32,000 nucleotides of DNA from an uncultured Sangeribacter sp. GTDB lineage: Bacteria; Bacteroidota; Bacteroidia; Bacteroidales; Muribaculaceae. A model generated the notes under the pieces. That model was not told the origin of the DNA. It ran no database searches and worked only from the letters and a program-made list of their open reading frames with translations. Below are positions 28,014-32,000 of this stretch, piece after piece. How positions within the stretch are numbered: position 1 is the stretch's first letter; the number at the start of each line of letters is the position of its first letter. The translations under genes were made by a program, and so were the position numbers. The stretch is from assembly GCA_964480495.1 (NCBI GenBank), contig CAYZPH010000002.1, positions 59,357 through 91,356 of the forward strand, read 5' to 3'.

Positions 28014-29695
28014 TGAAAACCCGAATATACAGCATTATCTCTGCTATTGCCACCTCAGTCGCACTTCCTACGACTGCGGCTGCACAAAGCCTTGACGAGT
28101 CGGTGACCGTGGAAGGCAAATACTCACCGGAGATAATCAATGCAGACAGGCTGCCACTACTCCCCTCCCTTACCACGCTAACTCCACCGGAGAGCAGACT
28201 TGAATATGACCAAAAAGGAGTCTACGCTAATTTCTTGCCAGATGCACTACCAATGGTCTCTACTGGCTGGCGCACAACAAAAAAATATGACAACAGTAAG
28301 GGATACATTGACCTAAGGCTCGGCAGCTGGCTCAACTCGTCGCTGACAGCCGGAGTAGCGGCAGTAGACTCTCCCGACACTAAACTCGGAATCACTCTGC
28401 AACACAACTCCACGTCGCTATGGCAGGCATGGAGCAACAGACAAGGATTGCCAGACGCAGACAAGAGATTCCGGTATGACGAACGACTTAACGCAGCACT
28501 TGCCCACCGATTTGGCAACACCGGCACCTTAAAGGCTGATGTGCAGTATCATCTCGGATATTTTAACTATTACGGCACCACCATAGCCAGCGACGAGCAA
28601 GGACATTTAAAGGCACCCACCCAGACCATCAACGACGCCTATGCCGGAGTTATATGGACTGGAAACGCCTCGAAGGCTCTAACCTATGGAGTGAAAGCCA
28701 ATGCTCGGCATTTTGCCTACAGAGCATTTTACTCACCATCGGCAAATCACCCAGGAACATTAGAATACGGAAAAGGGGAGCGGGAAACGGAAGTCAACGT
28801 AGGTGGCATGATAGACTATTCACTGGCCAAGACATCCGGACTTGAGGCAGAAGTGCTCTACACCGGAGTTATAAACACGATAGCGGACAACGTAAACCGA
28901 TTGAGAATAAAACCGGCCTACACACTGCAAAAGAACAACCTTAACCTGCGGTTAGGCATGGAACTGGCAGTGGTTGGAGCAGACAGGACAAGATTGCGAA
29001 TAGCCCCCGACGTAAAGATGACCGCGAACACAGGAATCGTAGCCATCACAGCAGCCATCACAGGAGGAACGAACCTGCGCACACTCGCGTGGATGCACAA
29101 CATGGACTACTATTCCAATCCGCTTGCCGGGTGCACAGGAACAGCCTACTCCCCCATCGATGCATGCGTAGGAGTGCAACTGAATCCTGCCGGCAAATGG
29201 ACTTTCGGACTTGAGGGATCCTGGCAGACAACTCTCGATGAAAGTCTCGGAGGTTTCTATCAGGAATCCCTTAACAGCAGTACCCGCTTAAAAAAATCAG
29301 TTCCCAACAGACTGCACGGAATAAGCGTAGCCATCAATGCAGGATATGATTTATGCAAAGAATTCAAGATTCACGGCAAAGCGTCATGGCAACCACAACA
29401 TGGCACAACCGGTGTGCTCAATGGTTTTGACAGACCACGATACACAGCAGACATCACAGCCGGATCTCAGCCTATAGAGCAACTGAGATTGGAGCTCAAC
29501 TACCATCTTCGAGCATGCCGCGAACTTGTGAAAGGCAACATCAGTCGCCTAAACCTTACCACCGACTACAAGGTGACCGACCGCATCTCGGTTGGAGCCG
29601 AACTCAATAATCTTTTAAACCGCCACGAAAACATCTTACCCGGACTTGCACTTGAAGGATTCAACGCAGCCGGAGGTGTGCAGATATTATTTTAA
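28013..29695 (+). CDS. Outer-membrane beta-barrel protein of unknown function
   Basis: 560-aa ORF with signal peptide (ALPTTAAAQS). The sequence alternates amphipathic strands throughout and ends in an aromatic residue (GGVQILF). Its ATG overlaps the TGA of the TPR gene (tgATGa at 28011-28015). I recognise no TonB plug motifs. Confidence 0.7.
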   Translation: MKTRIYSIISAIATSVALPTTAAAQSLDESVTVEGKYSPEIINADRLPLLPSLTTLTPPESRLEYDQKGVYANFLPDALPMVSTGWRTTKKYDNSKGYIDLRLGSWLNSSLTAGVAAVDSPDTKLGITLQHNSTSLWQAWSNRQGLPDADKRFRYDERLNAALAHRFGNTGTLKADVQYHLGYFNYYGTTIASDEQGHLKAPTQTINDAYAGVIWTGNASKALTYGVKANARHFAYRAFYSPSANHPGTLEYGKGERETEVNVGGMIDYSLAKTSGLEAEVLYTGVINTIADNVNRLRIKPAYTLQKNNLNLRLGMELAVVGADRTRLRIAPDVKMTANTGIVAITAAITGGTNLRTLAWMHNMDYYSNPLAGCTGTAYSPIDACVGVQLNPAGKWTFGLEGSWQTTLDESLGGFYQESLNSSTRLKKSVPNRLHGISVAINAGYDLCKEFKIHGKASWQPQHGTTGVLNGFDRPRYTADITAGSQPIEQLRLELNYHLRACRELVKGNISRLNLTTDYKVTDRISVGAELNNLLNRHENILPGLALEGFNAAGGVQILF

Positions 29696-29733
29696 GGCGT
29701 TGAAATGCTATATGAAATACGCGTAAAAATAAA

Positions 29734-30279
29734 ATGAAAACAAAAAACAAAGAAAATACACTTACTCTCAAATATTCCGACGAAAAAGACCGCGCATATG
29801 GTCTCGCCGGCATGACAATCTCACTCGCAGCACTTGACGCATTCGACCGGATAGCAAGAGTAAACCTCGATGGAGAGCCATGGATGGTAGAATTTTCCAA
29901 TGAATATTACTTTTCCGGCAGTCCGTCGATTTCTCCGAAGACAACATGGGACAACATGGTGCAGAATTTCCACATCACCGCCTCGATGGTAATCGGCAAT
30001 GTTATGTCGAGAGCCATGGTGAAAATGCACCGCGAGATTCCTACAGACGTGTTAGGCGCAGTTCACACCGCAATACAAGACGAAGGTCGCGACAGCTGTG
30101 GTCTCGAAGATGATGAGATCGATGCACTCTTCAACCGAGCACTCACATATTCGCGCCGGATTTTCTCAGATTCTCGTCTTCATCCTGCCATTGAGGAGTT
30201 CGCGCATGTGCTGACTAAAAAACGCATCCTTTCTGGTAATGAGATCCACGAAGAACTGCGCAATCTACAGCTCATATGA
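29734..30279 (+). CDS. Hypothetical cytoplasmic protein (181 aa)
   Basis: Uninterrupted ORF with normal composition and no signal peptide. Its stop overlaps the start of the following MazG-like gene (ATGA at 30276-30279). I recognise no family motif. Confidence 0.6.
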   Translation: MKTKNKENTLTLKYSDEKDRAYGLAGMTISLAALDAFDRIARVNLDGEPWMVEFSNEYYFSGSPSISPKTTWDNMVQNFHITASMVIGNVMSRAMVKMHREIPTDVLGAVHTAIQDEGRDSCGLEDDEIDALFNRALTYSRRIFSDSRLHPAIEEFAHVLTKKRILSGNEIHEELRNLQLI

Positions 30280-30626
30280 AACAAGAAACGCAAAAGGATA
30301 AACTGACATTAGAGGAGCTACAGCATCAAGTAGACGACTGGATTCAAGAGATAGGTAAAGGGTACTTTCCCCCGCTCGCCAACATGGCAATATTGACAGA
30401 GGAGACCGGAGAACTTGCACGTGTGATTGTACGCAAGTACGGACCGCAAGTGCCTAAGGCAGGAGACCTCGACAGAAGCATAGAAGAAGAACTCGCCGAT
30501 GTATTGTGGGTGGTGGCTTGCCTTGCCAACCAGACAGGAGTTGACCTCTCAGAAGCATTCCGCAAGACCTTAAAGAAAAAAACAGACCGAGATCGAGAAC
30601 GATTTCAAAACATTATAACCTCATGA
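30276..30626 (+). CDS. MazG-like nucleoside triphosphate pyrophosphohydrolase (small single-domain type)
   Basis: 116-aa ORF with the MazG EEXX(E/D) metal-binding helices: LTEETGELARVI and SIEEELADVLWVVACLANQTGVDL. Confidence 0.8.
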   Translation: MKQETQKDKLTLEELQHQVDDWIQEIGKGYFPPLANMAILTEETGELARVIVRKYGPQVPKAGDLDRSIEEELADVLWVVACLANQTGVDLSEAFRKTLKKKTDRDRERFQNIITS

Positions 30627-32000
30627 AGAAAGCAATAATAGAGTGCGTACCCAATTTCAGCGAAGGGCGCGATAAGGCTAAAATCAAAGAAATCACCGAT
30701 GCGATAGAATCTACCGAAGGGATAAGCCTACTTGATGTGGATCCGGGAGAAGCCACCAACCGCACGGTGGTGACATTCGTTGGAAGTCCAGAAGCCGTAG
30801 TGGAAGCAGCATTTCGTGGCATCCGCAAGGCAGCGGAAGTGATCGACATGCGTCAGCACCATGGAGCTCATCCACGCATGGGAGCCACCGATGTTTGTCC
30901 GTTGATTCCGGTTTCAGGAATAACTCTTGAGGAATGTGCAGAACTCGCTCGCAAGCTTGCCGAAAGAGTATCTACCGAGTTGGGAATTCCCACATACTGC
31001 TACGAATCGGCAGCATTCCGCCCAGAGCGCAAGAATCTTGCGGTATGTCGCGAAGGGGAATACGAGGCCCTTGCCGTGAAAATGGACACCGAAGACAAAG
31101 GACCAGACTTCGGACGCCGCCCCTACGATGAAGCGGTAGCCAAGACCGGAGCCACCACAATTGGCGCACGCGACTTTCTCATTGCAGTAAACTTCAACCT
31201 CAACACGACATCTACTCGTCGCGCCAACGCCATCGCATTTGATGTGAGAGAAAAGGGGCGTCCGATGCGCGAAGGAGGCAAGGTGACCGGCAAACCAATA
31301 AAGGATGAGAATGGCAAACCGGTAATGATACCGGGAACGCTGAAAGGCACAAAGGCGATAGGCTGGTATATCGATGAATATGGAATCGCCCAGGTGTCAA
31401 TGAACATTACCGACATCTCAAAAGTTCCCCTACACGTAGCTTTTGACGAAGTATGTCGCAAAGCAGACGAGAGGGGAGTACGAGTGACCGGCACAGAAAT
31501 TGTTGGTCTTGTGCCGAAACGCACGCTTATAGATGCCGGAAAATATTTTCTGAGGAAACAACACCGCAGTGTCGGCATTCCAGACCGCGAGATAATCAGG
31601 ATTGCGATAAAATCAATGGGGCTGGATCAATTGTCGGAATTTAATCCGGAACAGAAGGTTATTGAATATCTGATAGAAAACAAGAGCGGGAAGAAACTGA
31701 CCGACCTCACAGCTCGAGGACTTGCAGAAGAGACAGCTTCCGAATCTCCGGCACCCGGAGGGGGCAGCATATCGGCATACATGGGAGCCTTGGGAGCCGC
31801 CCTCGGCACAATGGTGGCAAATCTTTCGGCTCACAAAGCAACCTACGATGACAGATGGGATGAGTTTTCGGATGTAGCAGAGAAAGGGCAGGAGCTTATG
31901 GAAGAACTCCTTCATCTTGTAGACGAGGATACAGAAGCATTCAACCGCATAATGGCTGTGTTCGGAATGCCCAAAAAGACCGATGAGGAAAAGAAGGCAA
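30623..32000 (+). CDS. ftcD: Bifunctional glutamate formimidoyltransferase / formiminotetrahydrofolate cyclodeaminase (partial, continues past window end)
   Basis: The frame is open from the ATG at 30623 to the window end. The N-terminus MKKAIIECVPNFSEGRD...HPRMGATDVCPLIP is typical of the formimidoyltransferase domain. From ~31.7 kb, ESPAPGGGSISAYMGALGAALGTMVANLS...DTEAFNRIMAVFGMPKKTDEEKKA is typical of the cyclodeaminase domain. The ATG overlaps the mazG-like stop. Confidence 0.9.
   Translation, partial: MKKAIIECVPNFSEGRDKAKIKEITDAIESTEGISLLDVDPGEATNRTVVTFVGSPEAVVEAAFRGIRKAAEVIDMRQHHGAHPRMGATDVCPLIPVSGITLEECAELARKLAERVSTELGIPTYCYESAAFRPERKNLAVCREGEYEALAVKMDTEDKGPDFGRRPYDEAVAKTGATTIGARDFLIAVNFNLNTTSTRRANAIAFDVREKGRPMREGGKVTGKPIKDENGKPVMIPGTLKGTKAIGWYIDEYGIAQVSMNITDISKVPLHVAFDEVCRKADERGVRVTGTEIVGLVPKRTLIDAGKYFLRKQHRSVGIPDREIIRIAIKSMGLDQLSEFNPEQKVIEYLIENKSGKKLTDLTARGLAEETASESPAPGGGSISAYMGALGAALGTMVANLSAHKATYDDRWDEFSDVAEKGQELMEELLHLVDEDTEAFNRIMAVFGMPKKTDEEKKA

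Noticed and set aside
31123-31578. A 151-aa minus-strand ORF. Other minus-strand ORFs lie between 30613 and 31915.
   Set aside because: They are antisense to the uninterrupted FtcD reading frame, which has unmistakable formimidoyltransferase and cyclodeaminase motifs.

Overview
This is a Bacteroidota (Bacteroidales-type) chromosomal window. The taxon call rests on the SusC/SusD pair, many lipoprotein signal peptides, TAnnTTTG-type promoter boxes and ATGA stop/start overlaps.

Left part (1-16.2 kb, minus strand):
- A canonical polysaccharide utilization locus predicted to target beta-glucan, in the order SusC, SusD, surface glycan-binding lipoprotein, BACON-GH16, GH3, then the start of a further secreted protein.
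- Upstream on the same strand lie a TPR/transmembrane/HTH one-component regulator, a GH2 beta-galactosidase and the housekeeping pair pyrH-frr.
- A GH97 gene diverges from pyrH.

Centre (18.3-24.4 kb): this is a visibly AT-rich accessory segment and the most unusual part of the window. A perfect 50-bp direct repeat, itself a terminator-like hairpin, brackets a four-gene plus-strand cluster:
- (i) an ECF sigma factor fused, through one TM helix and a Ser/Thr-rich linker, to an outer-membrane-type beta-barrel domain;
- (ii) a lipoprotein C10 (streptopain-family) cysteine protease;
- (iii) a lipoprotein with a BACON-like N-domain and a beta/gamma-crystallin-like C-domain;
- (iv) a shorter paralogous BACON-like lipoprotein.

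Immediately after the right-hand repeat lies the C-terminal half of a serpin gene, inactivated by three in-frame stop codons.

Right part (24.9-32 kb, plus strand): a ~1030-aa TPR protein is translationally coupled to a 560-aa beta-barrel protein. A hypothetical gene, a MazG-like gene and FtcD follow, linked by ATGA overlaps, and FtcD runs off the window.

I recognised no rRNA, tRNA, CRISPR array, integrase or transposase. All family calls come from motif recognition by eye, not from database searches.
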